A stretch of DNA of 64,000 nt. Source: Eledone cirrhosa (taxonomy: Eukaryota). A program made the position numbers and the translations under genes. Positions 1 to 14,496 of this stretch are shown one piece after another (position 1 is the first letter of the stretch; every line of letters starts with the position of its first letter). The DNA is taken from the NCBI GenBank assembly GCA_964016885.1, contig OZ024756.1, positions 30,938,001 to 31,002,000 on the forward strand, in the 5' to 3' direction. The notes under the pieces were generated by a model, which did no database searches, was not told the origin of the DNA, and saw nothing but the letters and a program-made list of their open reading frames with translations.

Positions 1-124
1 ATTTATGTGTAATTTATATAGGCTTATATACCAACACAGACACATACATCGAACACATACACTCACATACTCACACACTCGCATACATACACTCACACAC
101 ACAATAAACATAAATATATATATA

Positions 125-196
<72 letters not shown>

Positions 197-259
197 TATA
201 TAAATATATATATATATATATAGATATATATATATAGATATATAGATATATATAAATAT

Positions 260-371
<112 letters not shown>

Positions 372-974
372 TGCTATCTATCCAATATTCATCACAAACA
401 TCTGTTCAGTTACATAAACCTTTGGGAACAAACATAAGATTTCTTTTCATTTTTTTTTTTCACGAATAGAATATAACAATACCAGTCACAACAGCAACCA
501 TCAACATAGGAAAGCAGGCAGATAATAAAAGCAACATATAAAAGAAACCTTCACCAAATACAAAGACTTTCAAGTATTTAAATATTTCATTCGGATTTTC
601 TTTTCGTGTTTATTCATATTATTGTTGTTCAGCAGGTGTCATGAATCATTAATTCTTATTCCTGAAATAAATACATAAATAAGTAAATAAGTAAATTAAT
701 AAACAAATAATAAAACAAATATATATAATATAATATAATATATAGGCACAGACGTGTTGTTAAGGGTTTCGCCTTGCAACCAGCCTCGTTGTTCTGGATT
801 CAGTGATACTGCACAGGAACAACTTAGGAAAATGTCTTCTAAAGTAACCTCGGTTTAACAAATGCGTTTTGAGTCGAATTTGGTAGGCGGGAGGTGTCAC
901 AATTTTTGTTTCTGTTTCCAGGTGCTTATATATATACTGCACCGATTGTGTTGTTATTTCTATTTACCTTTTAC

Positions 975-1006
<32 letters not shown>

Positions 1007-1012
1007 ATGTGT

Positions 1013-1072
<60 letters not shown>

Positions 1073-2034
1073 ATGCGTGTGTGTGTATATGTATGTGTGT
1101 GTGTGCGTGTGTTTGTGTGTGTGTGTGTGTATATATATTTATATATATAGTACCGATTGTGTTGTTATTTCTGTTTACCTTTTACATATATATATATATA
1201 TATAGTAATAATAATAAATGTGAAAACTAAAATCCGAAAAGGGCTCGATAAAGATACTACATATATAAAAAATATATATATACCTATAATGTTAGATAAT
1301 TTTTTTATGTAGTAAATAATATACGTTTATGGTTGATAACTTTACTTTAGCACAAATTCAAAAATGGATAAGTATGTAAATACGACGTTAAGGGTAAATA
1401 AATATTTTGTATGAAGATGGAAGAAAGATCGCGAAATTGAAAATAGATTTTCAAATCTCTTAAGATTTCATTTCAGTTATTAAATTCGGAGATTTTGAGA
1501 GATTAAAAAATATCCTGATAACCTTTAATACATGTATTTATATAATCCCATACACATACACAAATACATATATACTCATTCTGACATATCATGTACAATT
1601 ACACACCCATACATAGACATACATGCATACAAGAAAAGTCATACACCTACATGCAAACACAGATATTTAAACAAACAGGTGTACGGGAATATATATATAT
1701 ATATGTATACGCAAATAACCTTGAACCTGTATTCATATTTCCTAATTAAATTCTTCTAATACAGGTTATACATGTTCACATACGCATACGCACATATACA
1801 AAGGCACGCACATACACATATATATTCACACACACACACACATATATATATATAGCGGAGGCACGTGGCCATTTGGTAAGGGTGTTGGACTTACAATCAT
1901 AATGTCGTGAGTTCGAGTCCTGGTTGCATGTTGTGTTTCTTTACATGTTGCCAAACCCTCTCTTTCTCTACCTTTCTCACTATTTTTCTCTCTTTGTATG
2001 CGCATCTACATACACACATACACATACGCACACA

Positions 2035-2076
<42 letters not shown>

Positions 2077-2211
2077 GTAATAAATTTGAAGACTAAAATC
2101 CAAAGAGTGTTCGATAAGGATTAATATCTGTTAATAAAAATCTGTTATTTTAATAAATATATATATTTATTCGGACCCATGGGATTTTACATATTCCTTT
2201 GTTATATTCCA

Positions 2212-2269
2212 ATACCTGATGATATCACCGGATTCATATGGAACCCGGTCATTGAAATGATCATAGTAT
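2212..2269 (+). ncRNA. Minimal type I hammerhead ribozyme motif
   Basis: atac-CTGATGA(2216-2222)-imperfect hairpin (accgg..ccggt)-GAAA(2254-2257)-T-GATC-A-TA-gtat, then AATAAA at 2270. Confidence 0.65.
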
Positions 2270-2317
2270 AATAAACCTTTCAAGGATTTACACCAGTCCA
2301 GCCTCCTGTTATTTTAT

Positions 2318-2380
<63 letters not shown>

Positions 2381-2450
2381 AATATATATGCATATACATA
2401 TATATATATATTTGTTTTGCACACCTCTCTCTTGTTTAAATATATATTTA

Positions 2451-2523
<73 letters not shown>

Positions 2524-2652
2524 GGAAAGTTATATTTAAAATTGTTGGGTTACAACTAGTAAATATTTATAACTGATATAAAAGCACTCGACAAATATTT
2601 GGAGTATATTTACAATATTAAATAAATGGAAACTATATTTATAAAACCATAT

Positions 2653-2719
2653 TTATTTCATTATATATATTTCGGGGATATCATATTAACAATATGCTAT
2701 GCCTTCCTCAGACAAAATA
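2653..2719 (-). ncRNA. Minimal hammerhead motif (family D, inverted copy)
   Basis: Reverse complement of the 3284-3351 motif. Confidence 0.6.
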
Positions 2720-3283
2720 CAATATAAACAGTTTTATAGATAAATAGATTCGACATACCGTTATAACACCGACTTCCATTTGAAGAGGTTTAAGCTGGCA
2801 GTGAAAAAATTTTACACAGAGAGAAAGAAAGAGAGAAAAAAGAAAGAAAGACAGAAAATATATCTATATATATCTATATATATCTATATATATCTATATA
2901 TCTCCCTTACATTAATACTTGAGCTAAATAAATAAATAAATAAATAAATGTATCATTGATACATTTACTCAAAATGACCTCCCACTACCTAATTTTCTAT
3001 ATATATATGTATCTATCTCTATTTCCTCTCTCTCTCTATATATATATATGTCTTTCTGTTTCTTTACATGAAGTTCTTCGCTTTATCTATCTTTCCATCT
3101 CTCTATTTTGTTCCATGCATGTCTTCTTTTTCTTCCTTTTCTTCGTTTTCTGTCTTTCTCTCTTTTTTCTCTCTTTCTTTCTCTCTGTGTAAAATTTTTT
3201 CACTGCCAGCTTAAACCTCTTCCAATGGAAGTCGGTGTTATAACGGTATGTCGAATCTATTTATCTATAAAACTGGTTATATT

Positions 3284-3351
3284 TTATTTTGTCTGAGGAA
3301 GGCATAGCATATTGTTAATATGATATCCCCGAAATATATATAATGAAATAA
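3284..3351 (+). ncRNA. Minimal hammerhead motif (family D)
   Basis: ttattttgt-CTGAGGA-hairpin (catatt gtt aatatg)-GAAA-T-ATAT-A-TA-atgaaataa. Confidence 0.65.
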
Positions 3352-3387
3352 ATATGGTTTTATAAATATAGTTTCCATTTATTTAAT

Positions 3388-3430
<43 letters not shown>

Positions 3431-3432
<2 letters not shown>

Positions 3433-3616
3433 CGAAGGAAATGTGGTAAGGAACCAGTTGGACCATAACGGACCAAAGTACTCAATACTTAGGGTAGTAG
3501 AGTGGGTAATAGGAACAAGTAAGACCCCGACGGCTGAGCTCAAGCTGTTTAGACGGCTAATTCTGGACTGAATTAGCCGTCGAAGTCCAGAATTAGCCGT
3601 CGGGGTCTTACTTGTT

Positions 3617-3620
<4 letters not shown>
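3431..3620 (-). mobile_element. (TA)n-flanked fold-back element, family A (half-hammerhead)
   Basis: Same sequence as the copies at 14493, 27127, 38674, 58250 and 58482; palindromic head. Confidence 0.8.
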
Positions 3621-3652
<32 letters not shown>

Positions 3653-3986
3653 AACGATAATAAAACCAAAGGTTCTGACGGAATTTACAACATTTTTATA
3701 CGTTGTAAATTCCATTTGAACCTAAGATTGTATTAGTTATTCTTATGAGTTCTCTGTGACCCTCTACTTGTGGCATATCTTGTATTGTTTTATAGTATGG
3801 ATTACACCTGGGATGAATCGATTTGCTGTATTTGCGGATTGCAGAAATATTGTATATTTTATACTCAAATCTCTTTGCCATGTCACAAGTGAGTTTGATC
3901 TCTTCACTTATTACTCTCTTTTATATACACGCACACACACATACACACACACACACATATATATATGTGTGTGTGTGTGTATGTGT

Positions 3987-4082
<96 letters not shown>

Positions 4083-4194
4083 TTGTATATATATATATAT
4101 ATGAATTATATATAGTTGTCTCTCTCTCTCTCTCATATACACACTCTCTCTCTCTCTCCATCTGTCTCTCTGTATATATATATACACACATATA

Positions 4195-4222
4195 TACATA
4201 TATATAAATATATGTGTGTGTG

Positions 4223-4280
<58 letters not shown>

Positions 4281-4324
4281 TATATATATATGTATATACA
4301 TATATATATAAATATATGTGTGTG

Positions 4325-4408
<84 letters not shown>

Positions 4409-4444
4409 TATATATATATGTATATACATATATATATAAATATA

Positions 4445-4490
<46 letters not shown>

Positions 4491-4528
4491 TATATATATA
4501 TATATATACATATATATATAAATATATA

Positions 4529-4612
<84 letters not shown>

Positions 4613-4620
4613 TACATATA
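4195..4620. repeat. Higher-order repeat of compound TA/TG microsatellite
   Basis: Motif tacatatatatataaatatatgtgtgtgtgta recurs about four times. Confidence 0.6.
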
Positions 4621-4996
4621 CATAGTCACACTGTCTTTGTTTTCAATAATCTTCGTTTATCAGCAAATATCTTCCGTTTCTTGAAGTAATAAACACTTTG
4701 TACAATAACCATACGAATGATATGACAATATACTCTTGTGAGGATGAAAAGAACTCGTTCAAAGCTACGGAAAACACCAATTCTGAATGACTGCAATGGC
4801 AGGAAACATTAAAGCACTGTTTTAACGGAATCATCGTCGTACTTTTGATGTCAGTGACATCGAAGGAATTCCTCCGAGAGCTGATACAGAAAAATAAATA
4901 AAAACTTAATCAAAACTTCTCCAACGTTGTGTATGTGATATATGGAGCAAGTCGTTATGTTTCAAATTCAAGGAAGAACAAAAAGTGAAAAGTCAT

Positions 4997-5086
<90 letters not shown>

Positions 5087-5091
<5 letters not shown>

Positions 5092-5358
5092 AGCCTCCTA
5101 CATTAATGGTCGCTATATTTATGGTACGTCAAAATTATTTATAAAACTGGTTATATATTGTATTTTATCTGACGAAGGCATGCCATATTTTTAATATGGT
5201 ATCCCTGAAATATGTATAATGAAATAAATATGGTTTTATAAATATAGTTTCCATTTGATTAATATCGTATATCTACTCCTAAAACTTGTCGAGTGCTTTA
5301 TATCAGTTATAAAAGATTTACTTGTTGTAACCCAACAATTTTAAATAAAACTTTTGCA
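5087..5358 (+). mobile_element. (TA)n-flanked family D element
   Basis: Similar to 3147-3393 and 31374-31645; bounded by (TA)n on both sides. Confidence 0.75.
5161..5226 (+). ncRNA. Minimal hammerhead motif (family D)
   Basis: tattttat-CTGACGA-aggcatgccatatt ttt aatatggtatccct-GAAA-T-ATGT-A-TA-atgaaata. Confidence 0.7.
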
Positions 5359-5555
5359 TATATATATATATATATATATATACATACATATATATATATA
5401 CATATATATATGTACATATATATTTATATATATATACATGCACACACATATATAAAGATATACAAAGTGTTGAAACGATCAAATTTTAGTTTAGAACATT
5501 TAAAATATATATATATATATATTTATATAAATATAAAAATATATGTGTGTGTGCG

Positions 5556-5618
<63 letters not shown>

Positions 5619-5828
5619 ATGTATGTATATGACAATGACAAAAATATTTGAAAATTTGAAATCTATTTGGGTTAGTGGTGAAATACTGTCACAGCTCATA
5701 TAACTATAAAATAGTCGAATACATCTGGTAAATTGCGGAAAGTGGTGGACAAATATTCCAGTGGGAAGCAAACAGCACATGAGCCGGATGCCGTTTATAT
5801 ATATATATATATATATACACTCACACAT

Positions 5829-5891
<63 letters not shown>

Positions 5892-5893
<2 letters not shown>

Positions 5894-5975
5894 CACTTTG
5901 ACGAATCAAAGAAAGGAAAAAAACGAAAATACAGACCCTAAAATATATTTTCCGTGCTTTCTCCAACTTCACCCT
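5892..5975 (+). repeat. Short dispersed repeat (family C)
   Basis: tcactttgacgaatcaaagaaagg...ttccgtgct also at 31843-31930. Confidence 0.7.
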
Positions 5976-6009
5976 CTCTCTCTCTCTCCCTCTCTCTGTA
6001 TATATATAC

Positions 6010-6050
<41 letters not shown>

Positions 6051-6462
6051 TGTGTGTGTGCGTTTTTGTGTGTGTGTGTGTGAGTATGTAAAATATATCC
6101 CGAAATAACAACAGAATTGGTACAGTATATGGAAGGAATATGAAGGAATATACTAGGTTAACGCTTAAAATAACAGGAAGAGGGTCTTAACGTTTCGGAC
6201 GCCAGTCCTTTATCATATGAAAGAATGTGAAATAAGATATATACATACATGCATATATACATACATACATATATACATACATACATACAGATTATACATA
6301 TATATATATATAACCTAATACGCAGTACTTCCATCCGTCAATGTTTTCCCATTATCTCTCTACATATTAACTAGATTTTCATTTAAAGCCATTTCCGGTT
6401 CCGCTTTGTTTTTCAAGCACATATTATATTATATTGTATTATACTATATTATATTATATTCA

Positions 6463-6642
6463 GTGAATTGGCAGTATCGGTAGATGGTCGGACATGCTTT
6501 CCAGCATAGTTACGTCCCTTTACGATCTGAGTTCAAATCCCGCGGAGGTTAACTTTGCCTTTCATCCTTACGAGGTCGATAAAATAAAGTACCAGTAATG
6601 TACTGGTTAATTGCTGGCCTTGTGTCAAAAGTAGAAACAATA
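6463..6642 (+). mobile_element. tRNA-derived SINE, family 1
   Basis: A-box-like TGGCAGTATCGG, B-box GAGTTCAAATCC, shared body and gtagaaacaat tail. Confidence 0.85.
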
Positions 6643-7059
6643 TGACATCATTTTGCATGGATGGTAATAAAATAGTGCAATTCAGCTGAAAAATAATATA
6701 TAAGGTTTTAAAATAAATTTCTCATGTGATTCAATCGAATTATAGATACGCTTTGATAACAATTCAAAACTTTGAATTAATTACAAATAAATATTGGATT
6801 TTATTTTATTTGTATATATATTAGAGTATTTCATCTTGTGATGAAGAGAAATTATTTTGTATGTTATAATTATAGTAGAAGTTTGCTAACAACTCTTAGC
6901 TTTCTTTTATGAATACACTGACGTCTAGAGTTTATATTGAACTGTTAAATTGATTTTCAATGCATGAATGGTAGACTATCTGATTTTGGGAATGATTTGG
7001 CTGCTATTTTTAGCAGGTCAGTATTGTTAATCTCTATTTTAAAAAGATCACTTTGTAGA

Positions 7060-8500
7060 TCCCGAAATGATGAAAGCCAAAGTTGATTTCGGCGAAACTG
7101 GAACTCAGAGAGTAGAGAGCGAGAAGAAAGAAACCTTCATATTATTTCTTCCGACGATTAAACGATTCTGTCTAATGTTCCACTCCAATGATTCTTCGGT
7201 AATAATATATTTGTGTTAGATATGAGAACACTGCTTTTATTAGAGAAGACAAATGTTTGAATGAATTGGGTGATTAACCCCAGGGATATACGCATACTCT
7301 TTGAATATGCATTGGCTTCTGTTTAGATAACACAAGATCTTGTTCTGCCAACAACTGAATAATTATTGGCATACGTAGATAAAATATAATTCCTTGACAG
7401 ATGAATAGGATATTCATATATTAATACAGATAGCGAAACAAGTTTCAATATATTGCCCATGTATTCACATTGCTCTCATTATGTTTTTATTTCATTATTT
7501 CTGGTAATTTTGACAAATATTATGTCGGAATATAATGTAGAATATGTATTTGATTTATAACTCATTTGAGATAAGTATATTCTAGTGATTGTAGTGATTC
7601 AAATCAAGTAAGTTTAAATCACTTTACAAACCGACGAGGATCTATCTCAATGAAGACGTTCCTATCTTATCAAACATATCAAAGCCTGCTATAGGAAAAG
7701 AACATAAATAAGGAGATAAATAAATACATATTTGCCCTAGGTGTCATACACTGAGTTTGAACACATAGTAGAGAAGCCAGATTCTTTTGTACACAACCAA
7801 GCTTGCGTCGTTATTATCTTGCATCAATATTTATAGTAAGTTAGCAATGAATTAGTTTGTGAGCGTTTGTCTGATTAAAAACTTATTCGAAATTAGCTGA
7901 TTTCAATCTGTACAATTCGTTCAGCTCAAACTAGTTATGTATCCAAAGCAGGCGCGTCATTTTGCAGGCATTTTACAGTTTATCTCAAATGAGTTATAAA
8001 TCAAATACAGGCTTCGTATTCCGACATGATATTTGTCAAAATTACCAGAAATAATGAAATAAAAATATGAGAGCGGTATGAATAAATGGAGAATATATTG
8101 AAACTTGCTTCCCTATCTGTAATACATTATGATCGTTTTATCCATCTGTCAAGAAATTACGCGTTATCTACGTCTGCCAATAATTATTCAGTTGTTGGCA
8201 ATAGAGCAAGGTCTTCAGTTATCTATATAGAAGACAATACATATTCAAACATTATGTCTACATGACTTGGGTTAATAACCCAATTCTTTTAAACATTTGT
8301 CTTCTCTAACAAAAGGGGCGTTCTCATATCTTACAGAAAGTTATCATTATTGAAGATTTATTAAGGTAGATGATTGGCAGAATCATTAGAAAGTCGGGAG
8401 AAATTTCCTTAATTATTACTTCCTTCTAGTCTTTTTTTATTTCTTTTGCGTTCTGAGTTCCAATCTCGTCGAAGTCAACTTTGCTTCCGAGTTCTAGGCT
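7060..8500. repeat. Old long inverted repeat
   Basis: About 7220-7575 is the reverse complement of about 7980-8332; degenerate SINE-1 copies in mirror orientation extend both arms. Confidence 0.8.
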
Positions 8501-9172
8501 TTGATAAAATACGTACTTGTCAAGTATTGAAGTGATTAGAATCAAGATGTTGGCTTTGAGACTATATTAGATACAAATATTATAGAATCATCACTGAGCA
8601 AAATCGCTAATGTAATCGATTTAATAATGTCAGAATCAAACCAGATTGCTTGACCTACAAACCACTACAGCTATATTCCCCTCAAATTACACCCTCTACT
8701 ATCAAGCGTGATGAGTCGATTTAACATTAGTAAACACCACTGTAAATATACATGAAATTATAATGTATGACAGATTAACCCTGAAACGGTGTGTTGTCCC
8801 ATCTAGAGTTAATATCTTGTTTTCTCAATCGCTTAACTTAACAAAACTGAGATAAACTCGGATCTGATGAGCCTTGGGATAGACATAAACTTTCATTTTC
8901 ATTATTTGCTATTCTATTCACTTTGCCCTACATCCTTACAGGGTCGATGCAATAAAGTACCAGTAATACACTGGTGTATTGCTGGCCTTGTGCCAAAAGT
9001 AGAAACAATTATTTGCTATTCAATACGAAAAACTCTAAACATATATTTCTCTTCGTATCTTGACTAGGACATGATCGAGATAATGCTACATTTTTACCTT
9101 ATGTTATCCTTTGCTAAATTTGAGCCTTACTAAATACTCGAAATATATTTCTACAAAATTCTATTACATTCT

Positions 9173-9655
9173 GTTCGAAATGTGCATCCAGGATTGTCTC
9201 CCTTGCTTCTGCTAGACACAGCCAGACGGTGTAAGCCGCTGGTGTTTTCTTATAGCGACGGGTCTCTATCTAAATGTTTATTTTAAACATACCGTATTTC
9301 TTCTGAATAGATCCAGGGATACTTGTATACATATCTGTATACAAGTATCCCTGAATCTAAATTTAATTTTATTCTATTATAAGTTGAGCCAACTTATACA
9401 GCTTCCTATGCAAATGAGATTAATCACCTCATTTACAAAGACGAGAAAACCATATATTTTCTCCTGTTTTCAAAGTCCAGCAGTTTCTAGAGCGGGAGAG
9501 ATCGACCTGATGAGAACCAGTTTAGTTCGAAATGCGCATCCACGATTGTCCCCCTTGCTTCTGCTGGGCACCACCAGACGGCGTTAGTCGCTGGTGTTTT
9601 GGTATAGTTACGGCTCTCTAAATGTTTATTTTAAACATACCGTATTTCTTCTGAA
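9173..9655 (+). repeat. Direct repeat pair (9173-9307, 9525-9655) with hammerhead and internal hairpin
   Basis: About 130-bp near-identical units, both starting gttcGAAAtgYgcaTC; hairpin cagggatacttgtataca/tgtatacaagtatccctg at about 9309-9358. Confidence 0.8.
9501..9546 (+). ncRNA. Minimal hammerhead motif
   Basis: atcgac-CTGATGA-gaac cagttta gttc-GAAA-T-GCGC-A-TC-cacgat; stem I has 2 mismatches next to the core. Confidence 0.6.
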
Positions 9656-9845
9656 ATACGAAATTCCAGTACATATATATATTTATATTTTTTGGCAAAT
9701 TTGAAATAAAAAATATATAATATAATTTCAAAATTCTCTAAAATAACTGTTTTGATGAATGTTAACCTTTTTGTATTAATGATATAGTTTTCGTGAAGGG
9801 AGTTCGTATATGTTATTATTTTTTTTAAATATTATTAGTTGTTGC

Positions 9846-9901
<56 letters not shown>

Positions 9902-9999
9902 GATAAAATAATGTACCAGTAATACACTGGGTATTTGCTGGCCTTGTTTCAAAAGTAGAAACAATTATTATATATATATTTTTTTTTGGGGGGGGGGGT

Positions 10000-10082
10000 A
10001 TACGCAGAAATGCCCATTTGTACCGTCCTGTATTGTCCTGTGTTGTCCTTAATGTTATACTTTGTGGTCAATAAAGAAAGCA
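10000..10082 (+). mobile_element. LINE-like 3' end (element X) running into (ATT)n
   Basis: Matches 47187-47280 and the reverse complement of 45763-45850; AATAAA then (ATT)n. Confidence 0.6.
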
Positions 10083-10107
10083 TTATTATTATTATTATTA
10101 TTATTAT

Positions 10108-10174
<67 letters not shown>

Positions 10175-10196
10175 CGTAGTAGTAGTAGTAGTAGTC

Positions 10197-10253
<57 letters not shown>

Positions 10254-10292
10254 ATGGTCTTATTATTATTATTGTCATTATTATTATTATTA
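10082..10292. repeat. (TAT)n/(TAG)n microsatellite
   Basis: Seen directly. Confidence 0.95.
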
Positions 10293-11699
10293 TGCAATTA
10301 GCTTTCTTGTTGTGTTGGAGGTGAGGTAACAATTCAAGAATATGTGTTTGAAAAGGTGCCAATTTCGATAATGGTCGTGTCGAGAGAATCATAATAGAAT
10401 ATTTGATTCTACATTTCTTCTGCTGTTGTAGTTGGTGCAGATGTGGTGGTGCCGAGAATTTGAAAGACTTTTACTTCGGCTTTCAGCCAAGTCCGAATGG
10501 TATTCCGGTTTCAAGCAAAAGAGAAGAAGAAATGAGAAACAAATATGTCGAAAATTGATTATACAATTCCATCTTTCTAGTTTCCATCAATAACATATGG
10601 AGGAGTAAATTACCTTAGCGTTCTTTTAAGATACACTGGATTCCAAAGACGTTTTTAAATTCTCTAGTTAGTGCTCCTGACTCCTTTTAGGGCAATAACC
10701 ATGGACCTTCTGAAGTCTAGTGATACAGAGGGAGTCATAAATGTTACATAAAATCGCTGACCTGGCCATGATACTTTTAAAAGTGTATACTTTCCTAAAG
10801 ATACTCAGTGTCCAAATGATAGCGTTAAACAGTGCGACGGATTAAGTACTCCAGCTAATTCGGCTACAGCAGGATGGATTTGGATTAAAAATCCAGAACA
10901 AATATCGTAGGAGTCTCGTACGATGTTGTGACAAACCTGCAACAATCCTGCCTCAAACCGGCACCTTATTCAATCAACCACCAAAATATGTCATAGGGGA
11001 ATTTGAACTAAGTTTGAAAATAGCTAGAGGGATTAGGCATATGCATCCAGTACGGTAAATATTCTGCCTTAAATTTATAGGATATTATAACGAACTTAGA
11101 AGAATGAAAGCCAAAGATGTCCTAGGTGAGCTTTCATATGCACAACTTAAAGGTTTTAATGCTGCAATGCATTTTCCTCGACACCAATCCATTTGCAAAT
11201 ATGTTGATCAGATGAGCTCATATTTGTAATTACGACTCATAGTTAATTTGGCTGTTGATATTTTTCAGCCCAAGTTTTACCTCTACCCCAAATGGTCTCG
11301 GTTGACAGTCGTTTCAGTCATGATCACACAGAGTTCTATGGTTTAATGTCAGGAATTACGTATTTTAATATATCATGTAGAGAAGAAAGTGGAATGTGGC
11401 TTGAAAGAGGAATCAGGTGTCTTCACAGTTTCATTGCTGAGTCTCGGCAAATATAGACAATTGCATCAATGTTCATCAATACAATGCTGTATGTCCATGA
11501 TTCTAATCAGGAAAAAATGTGACATCGGTGTGTCCAAAATCCACAGGAAGAGACATGGCTACTATTTCCAGGAGAAGCACCCTCGTTCACTCCCGAGAGC
11601 AATCGATTTATGTTGATAACATTGCCACGGTGTCAGGCTTGTGAGACAGACGACACTGTTGTCAGCAATAACTAAGTTCTCTGTTTTTCTTTCCTTCTC

Positions 11700-11882
<183 letters not shown>

Positions 11883-12144
11883 TAGATATATAGATATACA
11901 TATATATATATATCACTCCCTCTATCTCTCCTTCTCTCTTTGCTTCTCTCTCTCCCTCTCTTTCTTTCTCTTTCCCTTGCTCTCTCTCTATTTGCTTCTC
12001 TCTCCCTTCACTATCCCTTTCTCTATATTTCTTTATCTTTTTCTCTTTCCTTCAATCTTTCATCTCTCTCTTTCTGTCAATCTTTCTTTCCCCCTCTCAT
12101 TCCCATTTATTTTATTATGCTTTCTCCCTCCATTTCTTTTTTTT

Positions 12145-12180
<36 letters not shown>

Positions 12181-12462
12181 TGTATCGTTCTTTCGTTCAT
12201 TCTTTTTCTATCTTTCAATTTTTGTTTCTTTCACTCTTGTTTTCTCTATTTCCCTTCACTCTCCCTCTATATTTCTTTATAACTTTCTTTCCTTCAATCT
12301 TTCCCCTCTCTCTTTCTTTCTTTTTGTCTTTCTCATCGCGCCCCACCTCTCGTTGTATTACAATTCTTTGCCCCCTTTCTCTCTCACAGGTGTATATATA
12401 TATACATACACACGCATATATATATATATATATACACCTGTGAGAGAGAAAAGGGGTAAAGA

Positions 12463-12543
<81 letters not shown>

Positions 12544-12546
12544 TTA

Positions 12547-12621
<75 letters not shown>

Positions 12622-12720
12622 ATAATAATAAATTTGAAGACTAAAATCCAAAAGGGCTCGATGAGGATAAATATATATCAAATATATAAGAACCGTAGAG
12701 CAAATATTTATTAAAATAAA

Positions 12721-12976
12721 AGATTAAAGTTTAAGCAAAGAATCGCTGCTTTCAGCCTTAACGGGATCTTCTGAAACTAACAAAGTCAATCTGTGAACGC
12801 AGAAGTGAATATTTCAAAAAACGTTGCAACCGGAGGAAGACAGTATCTTCTTTCTGTCTTCCTCCGGCTGCAACGTTTTTTGAAATATTCACTTCTGCGT
12901 TCACAGATTGACTTTGTTAGTTTCAGAAAATCCCGTTAAGGGTGAAAGCGGCGACTCTTTGCTTAAACTTTAATCT
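12721..12976. repeat. Near-perfect hairpin, 123-bp arms and 10-nt loop
   Basis: 12721-12843 is the reverse complement of 12854-12976; arm end also occurs at about 41200-41250 and 54490-54520. Confidence 0.9.
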
Positions 12977-12989
12977 GTTATGTTAATAA

Positions 12990-13064
<75 letters not shown>

Positions 13065-13432
13065 GTCATTTACACACCATATACAAATATAAGACAACAT
13101 ATTTCTCTATACCTAATGCACACTTACACATACACACACCATGCATACACCCACACAAACACCTTTGCATCTCCAGACAGCTGCATTCACACCCACGCCT
13201 ACAAACAGAAAATCAAATACACAAAACTACACATACACACATACAGGCAAACCAACACACACACTCACACAGAAATAAAACATCTAATTCCATTGGTTGG
13301 AGACACATTTGCACACAAGTTAAACATATAAACACATACATTTTCTCAAAGGTTACACACACAAACGCACATATTTACACACAAGTCACATGCCCACACA
13401 CGCACACATACACACATACACACACAAACCCC

Positions 13433-13524
<92 letters not shown>

Positions 13525-13675
13525 TGCGTGTATGTGTACGTGTGTGTGTAGCATTCTAATAAAAATGTGTATACGTTTTGTGGGAACACCCTGTATATAT
13601 ATACATATATATATACATATATATACATATATATATACATACACACACACACACACACATATGTATATATATACA

Positions 13676-13709
<34 letters not shown>

Positions 13710-13732
13710 CATATATATTTACATACACACAC

Positions 13733-13825
<93 letters not shown>

Positions 13826-13972
13826 AGTGTGTGTGTGTATATATGTATATATATATATATATATGTGTATATATATGTATATATATAATTATAAATATAT
13901 TTATAAATATATATATATATAAATATTTATGTTATAAATATATATATTAAAAAAAACCTCACTTTCTAATAG

Positions 13973-14025
<53 letters not shown>

Positions 14026-14298
14026 GTGAGTGTTTTTATACAAAATGAAAAGTAACCGAGGTGCCTTACACGAGTGAAAGTATGAAGAAAAAAAGATGAA
14101 ATCGAAAATGTCTTATTTTTAAAAATATATATATATATTTATTTGGTTCCTTTGCCGGTTTCGCAGTTCTTCTGCTTTTCAAAAGTAGAGTTGAGATGGA
14201 GGGTCCGTGGTTTTTCTCACATATATAAATATATATATATATTTCGTTTCTGAATTTGTTTAGCAAGATACTTTATCTGTAAACGTGTGTTGAAACCG

Positions 14299-14461
14299 AT
14301 ATTGTTATACTTTGGGAGGGTCATGTTGCCAATAAGAAACACACGCACAAGTATCTTTCACTTCAATTTATTATAATAAATGTATAAATTTATTATAATA
14401 AATCGAAGTGAATGCATTGGTGCGTCTGTTTCTTATTGGCAACATGACCCTCCCAAAGTAT

Positions 14462-14469
<8 letters not shown>
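14299..14469. repeat. Fold-back palindrome ending at (TA)n
   Basis: atattgttatactttgggagggtcatgttgccaataagaaac and its reverse complement. Confidence 0.85.

Positions 14470-14492
<23 letters not shown>

Positions 14493-14496
<4 letters not shown>

Larger units (their letters stand above)
2523..3393. repeat. Inverted pair of hammerhead-bearing family D elements
   Basis: About 2608-2858 is the near-identical reverse complement of about 3147-3393; outer ends abut (TA)n. Confidence 0.85.

Noticed and set aside
1858-1945. tRNA gene
   Set aside because: A/B boxes continue into SINE body sequence, with no complete cloverleaf or terminator; the same applies to other SINE heads
8862-8885. CTGATGA hammerhead core
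   Set aside because: No GAAA..UH in register; part of a SINE family 2 tail
11389-11680. Possible host exon in more complex sequence (also 50057-50330 minus)
   Set aside because: No recognisable protein similarity or consistent splice frame; needs RNA-seq or BLAST
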